The notes beneath the pieces were generated by a model that saw nothing but the letters and a program-made list of their open reading frames with translations, had not been told where the DNA came from and searched no databases. A DNA stretch of 63,668 nucleotides, filler included, from Sphaeroforma arctica JP610 (lineage: Eukaryota), in NCBI RefSeq assembly GCF_001186125.1. It is 9 parts of 2 records of this genome, joined end to end, with 100 filler letters (N's around TTAATTAATTAA, not from the genome) between each part and the next. Parts side by side here need not be neighbours in the genome. Positions count along the whole stretch, not along the records: positions 1 to 5,098 come from NW_014040528.1; positions 5,199 to 16,095 come from NW_014040528.1; 7 more parts are not named here. One strand, written 5' to 3'. The translations under genes were made by a program, and so were the position numbers. Below, in pieces: positions 1 through 11,959 of this stretch (position 1 is its first letter; the number at the start of each line of letters is the position of its first letter).

Positions 1-26
1 TATACTCTGTGCGTAACTCCACTCAC

Positions 27-265
27 ACACCTCCACGCAACAGCATAAGCTCCCCGTCCAGCGACAGCACCACTTTGGCTATCATTTCGTATCCCTTAGC
101 GTTCACAAAGTCAGTCTCTAGCAACGCAGAGAAGGCCCCCACAGCAGTTAACAACTCAACGGCAAACCGCAGACTGCGCATTTGAAAGGACACGTCTGTG
201 CGTTCGCGTCGCACGCTTTCGATGAGGTTGCTCATGAATTGCCGCTCTTGCAGCGCGCGTACAAG
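27..265 (-). CDS. WDFY3: WDFY3/ALFY-like BEACH protein, internal exon (gene continues off the left edge)
   Basis: Acceptor acacatag| then LVRALQERQFMSNLIE...LLETDFVNAKGYEMIAKVVLSLD, resembling the WDFY3 segment 'LLDDFRxxQGYxFLxDLLLRL'. Donor is GTGAGT (exon end 27) or GTGTGT (end 31). Confidence 0.7.
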
Positions 266-705
266 CTATGTGTGTGGTACATGTGTGCATGTAAGTAGGT
301 GTGTGTGTATGATATATTGTGTGTGTGTGTGTGTGGTACATGTGTGCATGTAAGTAGGCGTGTGTGTATGATATATTGTGTGTGTGTGTCGTATACGTGC
401 GCATGTAAGTAGGTGTGTGTGTATGGTATATTGTGTGTGTTTGTGTGTGTCGTATACGTGTGCATGTAAGTAGGTGTGTGTGTATGATATATTGTGTGTG
501 TGTGTGTCGTATATGTGTGCATGTAAGTAGGCGTGCGTGTATGATATATTGTGTGTGCGTGTGTGTGGTACATGTGTGCATGTAAGTAGGTGTGTGTGTA
601 TGACATATTGTGTGTGTGTCTCGTATATGTGTACATGTAAGTAGGGGTGTGTGTGTGATTCATTGTGTGTGTGTGTCGTATATGTGTGCATGTAAGTAGG
701 TGTGT
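266..705. repeat. Intronic ~60-bp TG-rich minisatellite
   Basis: About 7-8 copies of gtgtgcatgtaagtaggtgtgtgtgtatgatatattgtgtg. Confidence 0.9.
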
Positions 706-719
706 GTCAGTGTGATTTA

Positions 720-845
720 AAAGTGTGTGTGGAAGTGTGTGCGTGTATCAAATGCCTTCTGTGCGTGTGTGGAAGTACGTGTGTGTGGAAGTGTGTGCGT
801 GTATCAAATGCCTTCTGTGCGTGTGTGGAAGTACGTGTGTGTGTA
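720..845. repeat. ~58-bp tandem duplication
   Basis: gtgtggaagtgtgtgcgtgtatcaaatgccttctgtgcgtgtgtggaagtacgt occurs twice. Confidence 0.85.
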
Positions 846-899
846 TACACTATATGTCTCTACTCAAACAACTTAACAGCCCATCAAGTCACTCAGTGT

Positions 900-1676
900 C
901 TACACACACTCACAGTTTATATCATCCACCACACTCACAACATACATCACCCACACACACTCACAGCATATACCACCCACACACACTCACAGCATATATC
1001 ATCTACCACACTCACAGTCTATAGCATCCACCACACTCACAGCATATATCATCCACCACACTCACAGTCTATATCATCCACCACACTCACAGTCATATCA
1101 TCCACACAGACTCACAGCCTATAGCATCCACCACACTCACAGCATATAAAATCCACCACACTCACAGTCTATAACATACACACACACTCACAGCATATAT
1201 CATTCACACACACTCACAGCACATAGCCTCCACACACACTCACAGCATATACCACCCACACACACTCACAGCATATATCATCTACCACACTCACAGTCTA
1301 TAGCATCCACCACACTCACAGCATATATCATTCACCACACTCACAGTCTATATCATCCACCACACTCACAGTCATATCATCCACACAGACTCACAGCCTA
1401 TAGCATCCACCACACTCACAGCATATAACATCCACCACACTCACAGTCTATAACATACACACACACCCACAGCATATATCATTCACACACACTCACAGCA
1501 TATAGCATCCACACACACTCACAGTCTATATCATCCATCACACTCACAGCATATATCATCCACACACACTCACAGCATATATCATCCACACACACTCACA
1601 GTCTATAACATACACACTCACTCACAGCATATATCATCCACACACACTCACAGCCTATATCATCCACCACACTCAC
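900..1676. repeat. Intronic ~22-25-bp minisatellite (cacactcacagcatatatcatccac)
   Basis: About 30 degenerate copies running up to the exon donor at 1676. Confidence 0.9.
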
Positions 1677-1883
1677 CGTCACATGGCGCGTCTTGCGCTT
1701 AGTTCCGGGAGATGACTTGAACATGTGCACAACAACGTCCATAGCCCCATCACGCCATATGACATTCATATTAGTGCTCCTGCTCAGGGTTACTCGGGAG
1801 AGCAGCGTGAAGTTGTTATTGCCCTGTAATAGCTCCTGTAGTCCCGCTTTACGGTCCACCAGGTTGGTCAGAAGGCCAAATAA
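1677..1883 (-). CDS. WDFY3: WDFY3-like exon
   Basis: catacag|LFGLLTNLVDRKAGLQELLQGNNNFTLLSRVTLSRSTNMNVIWRDGAMDVVVHMFK...HVT|gtgagt; 207 nt, phase 0/0. Confidence 0.8.
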
Positions 1884-2039
1884 CTGTATGAGAATAGATA
1901 GCGAATACTTATGAGTGAATGTTCATATACATACATAAAAATATGTCTAATATATATATATATATATACAATATATATATTTATATATATATAGATACAA
2001 ATACAGACACAAATATCGATATATTATGAATATTATATA

Positions 2040-2098
<59 letters not shown>

Positions 2099-2540
2099 NN
2101 NNNNNNNNNNNNNNNNNNNNNNNNNNNNNNNNNNNNNNNNNNNNNNNNNNNNNNNNNNNNNNNNNNNNNNNNNNNNNNNNNNNNNNNNNNNNNNNNNNNN
2201 NNNNNNNNNNNNNNNNNNNNNNNNNNNNNNNNNNNNNNNNNNNNNNNNNNNNNNNNNNNNNNNNNNNNNNNNNNNNNNNNNNNNNNNNNNNNNNNNNNNN
2301 NNNNNNNNNNNNNNNNNNNNNNNNNNNNNNNNNNNNNNNNNNNNNNNNNNNNNNNNNNNNNNNNNNNNNNNNNNNNNNNNNNNNNNNNNNNNGATATATA
2401 TATAATTCCGAAACTACCAAATAAACGACATGAGAACGAACTGCGATAAAGTACAAGAAAAATAAGTCAAAGCCGACGGTTTAGAGTTCAGATCATATAT
2501 ATATATATACGTATACGTATACATATTATATACATATACA

Positions 2541-2581
<41 letters not shown>

Positions 2582-2748
2582 GCATACGTGTACGTATACA
2601 TATACGTATACGTATACATATACATATACATACTTATACATATGCATATATATATATATATATATATATGAATGCAAAGGAAAACATACACAAGTATTCA
2701 TACAGCCCTTAACGCGTTAATAAAAGAAAACAGCAAGTGTCGACGTAC

Positions 2749-3033
2749 CTTGCCTGCAACAGCCTGTCTCTCCTGCAACTCTTTCTTGGCATCACTCCCC
2801 AGATACGGCTTCAAATCCGAGAACAAGAACACGCACTTGCACAGTGTGGACGGTATATTCGAGCGGCAGACTTCTTCCACCACGTCGTCATGGCAACGCG
2901 AGAACAGTGTCAACCCCGACAGCAGATTTTGACACCTGTCACTGCGCATGTATGTGAGAAGGGCTTCTGCCGCATCCTGTTTCTCCTTGCCATGGCCCAG
3001 TCTTTTTACTTCCAAGTCCAGGTGTTTGGCCGC
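2749..3033 (-). CDS. WDFY3: WDFY3-like exon
   Basis: tttag|AAKHLDLEVKR...NIPSTLCKCVFLFSDLKP...AVAGK|gtacgt; 285 nt, phase 0/0. Matches the WDFY3 motif 'PSTLVKCLYLFFDLP'. Confidence 0.85.
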
Positions 3034-3279
3034 CTAAACGGGTCGGTTACATGGAGTTTAAAGTTTACGTTTGGATTTAGGGTTTACGTTGTGGCCTTTT
3101 AGGGTTTACGTTGTGGCCTTTTAGGGTTCACGGTTTTAGCATTTAAATCCAATTTCCGAATTATTGAGTTTGGAGGTGTGGATCCCATCAGATACGGATA
3201 AGCGAACGAGGAGGTCTACGAGTCTACGCTCTAAAGATGACGACGATTGCATGCGCACAACCAAGCACATCGTGGCAAT

Positions 3280-3907
3280 TCATCTGGTGTGCAAGGGTGT
3301 AGGGTTTTGTATTCTAGGGTTATACCAACACTGCCATTATGTAGTTATGTAACTTATCTGGTGTGCAAGGGTGTATAATTTTTGTATTCTAAAGTCATAC
3401 CACCACTGTGCCTGGTTGGCACGTAATAGCATCGTAATATAGTAACTTACCTGGTATGCAAGGGTGTAGGTTTCCCCAAACCTCTCGAGCACCGTAGTAC
3501 AGTAACATACCTAATGTACAAAATTTTAGGTTTCCCCAAACTTCTCGAGCACCGTAGTATAGTGACTTACCTAATGTACAAAAGTTTAGGTTTCCCCAAA
3601 CTTCTCGAGCACCGTAGTACAGTTACTTAACTAATGTACAAAAGTTTAGGTTTCCCCAAACTTCTCGAGCACCGCAGTATAGTGACTTACCAAATGTACA
3701 AAAGTTTAGGTTTCCCCAAACTTCTCGAGCAACGTAGCACAGTTACTTAACTAATGTACAAAAGTTTAGGTTTCCCCAAACTTCTCGAGCACCGTAGTAC
3801 AGTGACTTAACCATTGTACAAAAGTTTAGGTTTCCCCGAACCTCTCGAGCACCGTAGTACAGTAACTTACCTGGTGTGCAAGGGTGTAGGTTTCCCCAAA
3901 CCTCTCG
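3280..3907. repeat. Intronic 60-bp minisatellite copied from an exon end plus splice donor
   Basis: Unit acttacctggtgtgcaagggtgtaggtttccccaaacctctcgagcaccgtagtacagta; ~8 well-kept copies and 2 degenerate ones. Confidence 0.9.
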
Positions 3908-3984
3908 GTGATTCGGTCCAGGGCTGTGTTGCCAAAGCATTCCTCAAACGCAGGCAGTAGCTGTGCAAAGATCTCATCGCGCCC
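3871..3984 (-). CDS. WDFY3: WDFY3-like exon
   Basis: aatcag|GRDEIFAQLLPAFEECFGNTALDRITERFGETYTLAHQ|gtaagt; 114 nt, phase 0/0. Resembles the WDFY3 N-terminus 'LYMMLPVFNRVFGN...TEKF'. Confidence 0.85.
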
Positions 3985-4840
3985 CTGATTTGCAGATGCA
4001 AACGCCAGTGTTATCGGAATGTCGTAAATTGACGTGTAGATGTCGTAAACTAAGTACTTAGATTGATATGGCTCGCATGAGACGTCTCTACGACATCTCA
4101 GCAGTGTCACTCAACCGCTACAGTGACAGATGAGAGCGGGTGAGTGGTGCCGGCTGAAGCACTAGAGCGCGTGAGGTTCTGATACTGTGGCACGTTAGAC
4201 TTTACTCGCCCCACTCGGAAAGCCTTGAATGAAAAGAATGTTTTTAAAGCTATTGCACTGGTCGCACTGGTTATAGCGAGCTGATCGCATAATATTAAAT
4301 ATGCACGCATGTCGTAAATTCAAAACGTACATCGGTCGTAAATTCTCAATAGACGATGATTTATTACGTTGTTTCTCACCACACTTGCAAAGCTCTCAAT
4401 GAAAGGGGCAGAGGGACTCTGGTAACAGGGGTCTTGGGGCTATAGGTTTAGGGTTTAGGGTTTAGGGGTTTGAGGTTTATCCCTCCATACAGTTCGTACG
4501 TACAGACACTGTGCAGCCTCAAGCGATAAGCAATCAGTAAGTACACTCGCGATGAATTGTGTGCACACGTGTACAGAGATGTGCCTATAACACCGTTCCG
4601 CGCTTACAGTTGTATACAAATCCGTGTGCAAAGAATCTACCTTATACTGGGATTTAAAGCTCATGCCATTTAGAAGACAGATCTCATGGCCTGACTACGC
4701 AAACCACGATGTGTTACTCTGAATAAACTTACCTACGAACTAAACTAAGTTGAGAGATAAACCACATACAGAACACAGGATAAACACAACCGTAAATGGC
4801 TGCACATACCATGGTATACTACTACTGGGAACAAACTCAC

Positions 4841-4907
4841 CTCTGCACTGCTGCTGAGAACTAGCTGTCGGAACAGACTCTTGATGTCATGGATTTGCTC
4901 ATCCGTA
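4841..4907 (-). CDS. WDFY3: WDFY3-like near-N-terminal exon (start exon not identified)
   Basis: ctttgcag|T ACG GAT...=TDEQIHDIKSLFRQLVLSSSAE|gtgagt; ends phase 0, compatible with the next exon. Confidence 0.7.
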
Positions 4908-5050
4908 CTGCAAAGGGTGGGCAACAGAGACTAGTTATACTGTGCCTACATCAGCGAGTGTTAATACCGAAATGATGATAATCACGTACAGGTAATAAAC
5001 ACGTCGTACAATTCTGATGGAGGGTGTGTTGACTATCGTACAAGTGAATG

Positions 5051-5089
<39 letters not shown>

Positions 5090-5098
5090 GTATGTATA

Positions 5099-5198
5099 NN
5101 NNNNNNNNNNNNNNNNNNNNNNNNNNNNNNNNNNNNNNNNNNTTAATTAATTAANNNNNNNNNNNNNNNNNNNNNNNNNNNNNNNNNNNNNNNNNNNN
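5099..5198. other. Assembly gap with TTAATTAATTAA linker (same block at 16096, 33176, 41701, 47087, 52522, 55303, 57548)
   Basis: Identical 100-nt N-linker-N blocks; the linker gives stops in all six frames. Confidence 0.95.
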
Positions 5199-5235
5199 GT
5201 GTGTGTGTGTGTGTGTGTGTGTGGTATAATATATG

Positions 5236-5270
<35 letters not shown>

Positions 5271-5849
5271 GCGTGTGTGTGTGTGCGTTTGGTGTATAAG
5301 GGTGCGTGTGTATAAATTGTATATATATAAATATGTGTGTGCGTAGGCGTGTGCATTTTTTTTGTGAATGTGTGTGTGTGTGTGTTATTTTTTGTGGATA
5401 TATATGTGTGTGTGCGTAGGCGTGTGCATTTTATTTTTGTGAATGTGTGTGCGTGCGTAGGCGTGTGCGTGTTATTTTTTGTGGATATGTGTGTGTGCGT
5501 GCGTATGTATTTGATGTCTGTGTGCGTATGTTTGTATGTAGGTGTGTGTGTGTATGTGGTGTCTGTGTAATCGTGAGGACGTTCGCTTCTACTTGATAGA
5601 ACATGTGTTGTAATTCCGTAAGATTCCTGTCGACGATTCACCGAGTACTAGCGCCGCAGGCGATGTTTAGTATGCATGTCAAAGGTATGTGTGTCAACTA
5701 CACTCAGTATGAAGCGATGTTCGGAATCTAATGTTGAGATCATGCGCGGTGCTTCGACACTGCATGCCGGATAAAAATAGTCAAGTACAGAAACGCCGTC
5801 ATTTATTTATTGTAGAATTATATTTTGAAACTAGTTGCACAAATTGAGC

Positions 5850-6466
5850 TATGATTCCAGTTGGATGCAGCCCTCGAGGGCGATGAATCACCAGTCAAGC
5901 CGGTGCCCCGCGACTGCACTCGAATAGTTGGCGCTCGTCTCATTGTTGTAAACCTATGAGAAATACTCATCCAAGTTTGTTTCCTGTGCTGTCAATCCAA
6001 GTGATCGACGGCATTACACGTTATGTGCGTACTCCGACTCCGCACTGGGGTAGTGCTAGCAGAAGGGAGATGACCCCCTTCAGTTTCGGATTATATAAGC
6101 AGTGCATTCTTTCTGTATGACTGGCAGGGTACTCTTGTAGTGGATGCGACTTTTCTTTTTCCTGTTTCCTTCAAAAACGTTCAATCGTGCCAAAACCATC
6201 AACAACCATGGCTAGTCCAAGGATCTCTGACACGGGCATGAACCAACAGCATCGGCTCTGGCTTTGCAGTCCATACAATGTACGTGCGTATCGTATCTAC
6301 ACATGGGTAGCGGTGGTGCTTGATGTGTGCAACAGATCGGACACATGACTTTACTGATACCGAAACTCACGGCCTCGTCACCAGAGGAGCTTGACCTTGA
6401 TTTGTCGTTCATGCTGTGGCGTTTCGCCAGGGAGTTGGAGGCTACGCTTTCTCGCTTTTGAACCAT
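5850..6466 (-). pseudogene. SINA/SIAH-type RING-finger relic
   Basis: CPICCTHQAPPLPMCRYDTHVHCMDC...CPC follows the SINA RING spacing (CPxC..PP.xC..H..CxxC..CP). A stop at 6212 and further stops follow. Confidence 0.45.
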
Positions 6467-7300
6467 GATGCTGAAGTGGGCGGACGTTACTAACGACGAT
6501 GCCAACGGCCAAATCAATGCTGCACAACGATGCGAAGCGACAGTGCACAAGTTCGGTAATGCGTGATTTACTCTAGCAGTGCAGGTGTGGTGAGTATGTT
6601 GAATTGTTCACTTCCTTTGTACGCAATTTCCGATGGATCTATTTAAAAGCTCTTTAGCTTTTCCTAGTAGTAGTAAATAGTTCATCTCTCAGCTGAGCTG
6701 CGCGACTACCACCTCGCCGACCAGTGCCGAGTTAAATACCGACTGCTGGGGCCTTGGGTTCAACGTTTATATCGCGACTGCCCTATAGTTGACACTACGC
6801 CTGCATGATCGGAGCCCAGATCTTCAAAAGGGGTGTCCGTATAGTTCGTAAAATGGGCCGATTTTCCCTCCTGTCCCGTAAATTTTTAAAAGCGCTTTCT
6901 CATAGTCTTCTAAATTAGACAGCTTTATATAGCCGAATAGTTAATAAGCGTTTACGTTGAACGTTTTTTTAAAGTTGAACCTCTTTGGCGAATTGAGTTG
7001 AGGTCTGCGCAACAAAAACTACCATTTTATCGTCCGAAGTTCGGATAGGGGCTTCATTACTAGTAGTAGGGGGCCTGGCGCAGGGGCCAGGGTCCGCGGG
7101 GCGGGGGTACAGGAACTTCAGACTGCATACTGAAGAGTATTGTCTGACTATTATATATACATGTATTTATCTACATACATAAAACAATAAAGTGCTATTT
7201 CATAGCCCTCCTGTAAGCGATGTCCCATATTTACAAATAAAATTGCATTGACATATTTTCACGTAGATATGTCTCATTTCAGTACCAACAACATTTAATT

Positions 7301-7455
7301 ATGTCATTTTCCGTAGCGCTCGGTGCTTTGAAGCGAATCGCCAGCACCACTATACGCACCCGAACCCTAATGCTGACACCTACGTTTAAAGCGAAGTCAA
7401 AATATGCCGTACATAATCTATCTAGCCTCAGGCCTGAGCTGCCGATGTTTGCGAG
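7301..7455 (+). CDS. Probable first exon of the C2H2 zinc-finger gene (presequence-like)
   Basis: ATG 7301 to GCG AG|gtatgt, phase 2, which matches the phase-2 acceptor at 9433. Confidence 0.5.
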
Positions 7456-7569
7456 GTATGTGCTTATATATGCTCTTGAAAAATCGGTGTCATGTGCGAT
7501 TCAGTCTGTTAGAGTTGATGTTGTTGCGCCTTGCTTCAGGAAGTATTCTCCCAATACGTTGCCATTTTC

Positions 7570-8142
7570 ATATATGTGTGTATACAATATATATATATAT
7601 ATATATATATATTCGATGAATATATATACATATATATATATATGATATATATATATATATATTTATATATATGTATATATATATGTGTGTGTGTGTTTCT
7701 GTGTGCACTATATATTAATATATATATATATATATATATAATATATATTTGTGTGTGTGTTTTGTGTTTATTTGTACACTATATTATATATATATATATA
7801 TTTATTTATATATTTATATATACTTCTAAAAGTTATTTACTACATATCACAAAGCTTCGATCAATGGTTTAGATTCTCTGATTTTCAAATAAAATCTGTG
7901 ATAGTGCCACTATAAAGTTGCTCGTGCCTAATAGGTTGCATTTTGTGATATCCCCGTCGTAGCAGTTTGGATATCCACTCCTTCTATTTTGTGATATATA
8001 AATATATGTATATATATATATATATATGTATACGCTGTATTTCTTCATACACGCCAACGCACGCACGCACATATATATATATATATGTGTGTGTGTGTGT
8101 ATGTGTGTGTGTGTGTACATATGTATATACATATATATTTAC

Positions 8143-8175
<33 letters not shown>

Positions 8176-8176
8176 T

Positions 8177-8207
<31 letters not shown>

Positions 8208-8325
8208 ATATGTATATGTATATGTATATATATTCGCATTTATACATATCTGTATATTTATATTTATATATATATACATATATATGCGTACGTGAGTGTG
8301 TCGTGGTGTGTGTGTATATGCACAT

Positions 8326-8360
<35 letters not shown>

Positions 8361-8691
8361 ATCTGTGGGTCTTTATGTAGGTGTGTTTTGTAGTGTCTTG
8401 ATGTAGGTGTGTTTTGTATAGATATTTATTTATATGTTTATATAAATATATGTATCTATATATATATACAAACACCTTCACACAGACACACACATATATA
8501 TATTTATTTATTTTTGTATATGTATATGTATGTATGTGAATGTATGTATATATATATTTACATAAGTATGTATTTTTACTTATACATACATACTTATATA
8601 TATATGTACATATATGTATATATGTGTGTGTGTGTGAGTGCGTTTGTATGTAAATTATCATACACGTATATATTTAAATATATATGTACAT

Positions 8692-8750
<59 letters not shown>
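7570..8750. repeat. TA/TG microsatellite tracts
   Basis: Direct inspection; interrupted by unique sequence at ~7830-7990. Confidence 0.95.
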
Positions 8751-8752
<2 letters not shown>

Positions 8753-9432
8753 ACATCAGCCCGCTTGAATATTTGGTTTCTTTTCGTAACTACGCTGGTA
8801 CCTGAATAACTCATAGCGGTATTGTGCGGCCACTGTTATTAGAAGAGCTAGTTCTAGTATTGGATTTTTTTCTGAATGATTATCCTTAGATTGTATTGGT
8901 AGTAAGTTTAGTTTCAATATATGTCCGAGAATACGCGTTCTGTGTGTGCTGATGTTGTTTCGGTTATCTGCGGATTGAAGATCACGACAGGTGAGGTGCT
9001 GCACAGACAATGGCTACGGAATGTGTGTTGTGTTATTCCATTGTATTTGGACAGATTCATCTGTCAGTCGTATACTTGTTTTGATTCATTTTGATCTACT
9101 GTGGTTTCTCCGATACAAATTACGATCGTACTGGCGCAAACGTAACACTTTTCTGCCTTGCTCACTCGAATTAGTGATCCAAATACATACTCAAAAAATG
9201 TAAGACATTTGCATATATCTATAATTCAACAGGCTTCCCTATAGCTGTATACACTTTGATTGTATGTTTTTTAGATGGCGTAGTTTAAATACAGTGAGCT
9301 TCGTCTGTCGGTCGGGTACTCCGACAAACGACGCTCCAAGATGTTCATTCTGAAAGCCTCGCATAGGCACCATGATCACACTCTTCTATGTCACAAACAT
9401 AACCCATCAATATGTACATTTGTAACGCACAG

Positions 9433-9940
9433 GTTCCGTTCCGCAAACAGTTTATCGGTTCGTGCTATTGGTTCGACATCTGCCACAGTGAAGCCATACG
9501 CTTGTGAGTGGCCCAACTGTGGCCAGACATCTGCCAGTGCTGCCAATCTGAAAGTACATATGCGTGTGCACACGGGCGAACGTCCCTATGCGTGTGACTA
9601 TCCTGGGTGTGGCATGGAATTTACTACAAAAGGTAATTTGAATAGTCACAAACGCGTGCACACGGGCGAACGTCCCTATGCGTGTGACTATCCTGGGTGT
9701 AGCATGGAGTTTACTACAAAAGGTAATTTGAAATGTCACAAACGCGTGCACACGGGCGAATGTCCATATGCATGTGACTATCCTGGTTGTGGCATGGAGT
9801 TTGCACAAAGTAATAGTTTGAGAAGACACAAACGCGTGCACACGGGCGAACGTCCCTATGCATGTGACTATCCGGGGTGTGGCATGGACTTTACTCGAAG
9901 AGAGCATTTAAAAACACACAAACGCGTTCACATTGGCTAG
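9433..9940 (+). CDS. Krueppel-type C2H2 zinc-finger array, 5 fingers (terminal exon)
   Basis: Five YACx(Y/W)PxC...HxRVH fingers with TGE(R/C)PY linkers on a 90-bp tandem unit; acceptor gcacag|G at 9433; stop TAG at 9938-9940. Confidence 0.92.
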
Positions 9941-11959
9941 CACGACTCACTCCACTGATTAAACATAAGGCGCTGCATAGGTGGGGCTATTCAATACATA
10001 CACGCGACTTTGTTTGTTGCCATAACACATTGATTCTAAAGGTATTTATTGGCATACATGCCGTTGTAGCAATGCACGATTTATAGACTGTATATATAGT
10101 CGTACACTATTTATGTATTCTATTCACTGTATTTATAGACTGTAAATATTGTCATACACTCTATAAATAGCCACCCAAATCAGACAATAAAAATTAATTT
10201 TTAAACTTTTCGAGTGAACACTGTTTTGTTTATGTTTTATACTAACAAATTAAAAAATCACAACTCAGGAACAATAAAAATCGTGTTATTTAACATACAT
10301 ATCCAATGAAATCGTATTATTTTGACCTGCTGCTATTCATTGATTCTGAAAACTGAGGTCTGATTTCTGATTTCTGAACGGTGAACAACTGAACACTGAA
10401 CCGGGCTCTTTGGCTCCAAAATAAACCTTAGCCCCTAAATCATTTTATTTTTATTTTTAAAAATAGTACACAACCATGCCCCATGGCCCTTGGTCATGGG
10501 CCGCGGGGACGTGGCCTGTGGGCAAGGTCTATAGGCTACAGCTTTTGACCAATTTACAACAGTAACCATGTCGTAAAGTGTATGCATTCTCGACTATTTA
10601 TTTTTACATAGTAACCCCCTGTATACTGCAGCTCGAAACCACTTGTAGGTGGTTTGTGGATAGTTTGGCTTTGGTTTTGTGTTATAAAGACGTGTACATA
10701 AATGAAGAAATCTATAAAAATAAGTGGTTTGTTGGTAGTGTGGTCATGGTTGTAATTGACACTAAGATGTATAAAAGTATTTAATAATACATGATTAAGA
10801 AACAAGGTATCTGAATTCTGAAGTTCATACTCAAAGCTTATTGATTGTTGTACGACATATTCTGTGGACAGTATCAGATTATTGATTGTATAGAATCGGC
10901 TGTGGTTGTTAAAAGTCTTGCCTTAGACACTTTCTTGCCGCATACTATTGGCGCCCTGTATCGCTTCCAGGGCCATAAGCATCTTTAGAATCGCCGTATT
11001 GACTTCTTACTATGTTCACACAGGTGTATTTTAAAATGTAAATACATGGGGCAGAGCCGAGGAGAAGGTGGTTGCATCAGTCGTTCTGACTACATTTTCG
11101 GGAGTGTAGGTCTTGCAAGCTGTAATCTACGAACAATAAGCTGAGATATAATAAATTAGGTGAATGTACAACTAGATCAACCAACCTATTACTTTGTCCG
11201 TTGGTTAAGTCATGCTAGGTTGATTGACTCAGTCATTCGTCTAATGTTATAAAAAAAACTGGAGAAGTGTTACCAGTACTTTGTTCCCGGTCTGCACGAT
11301 ACGCTCACACGTGTATGTATTTTACTTATCACTGGGATTATCACTCCTAGGCTGATTTTTGACGTTTTAGAATAGTATTACTGCCGAGCGCGGAAGGTTC
11401 AAATAAATCTGCACAGAAGTGGTGATCCCGGCATGTGGAAGATTGTTTCAGCAAAATCTACTTATGAGAGGATTGTGCATACTGAGATCAAAGTATTCGT
11501 GACACTCTCCAGTTTTCTTGCTGTATTGAACTAGGTTGAACCAACTAACGTAGTACTATGTTAGTTAACTAATCATTCGCCGTATACCAGAAGGGTCTGT
11601 GGTAAGCTCGAATCTTGTCTTGGTACACTACAATGGCATTAGTTTGGTTGGTTCAGTCATTCTCTTAATTTACTATAACTGCTTTGAATACTACCTTGCT
11701 CTCTGCTTTGTCAAATGTGGTCATAGGGGAAACAAAAGTTAACTAGACAAGTAAAATCTCTCTATCGTAAATATTCTGAATAGAATCGTCTTTGGTTGTG
11801 AGAGTAAATCTTCAGTTAAATTAACTGTATTTCACCATGGACCATACTTCGACATTTTATTCCTTCAATCCGGAAACACGCGCCTAAGATTTGTATGCAC
11901 TTGTTTGTATAGGGATAGTATTATTTATTTCAAAGGAAATAAGTTACAATGTATGAAGT

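Noticed and set aside
156..2701. Many His/Thr/Tyr/Ile/Cys/Val-rich ORFs (also at 5147-5641, 7531-8768, 29056-29948, 40215-40517, 57592-57926)
   Set aside because: Translations of TA/TG/CA microsatellites and N runs.
3280..3907. CRISPR-like regular array (also 27310-27790)
   Set aside because: Head-to-tail repeats without unique spacers, no cas genes, eukaryotic context.
5143..5154. Recurring TTAATTAATTAA motif as a biological site
   Set aside because: Always centred in identical N blocks, so it is an assembly linker.
9341..9432. ATG 9341 as the zinc-finger start
   Set aside because: A good acceptor at 9433 and a phase-matched upstream exon fit better; not fully excluded.
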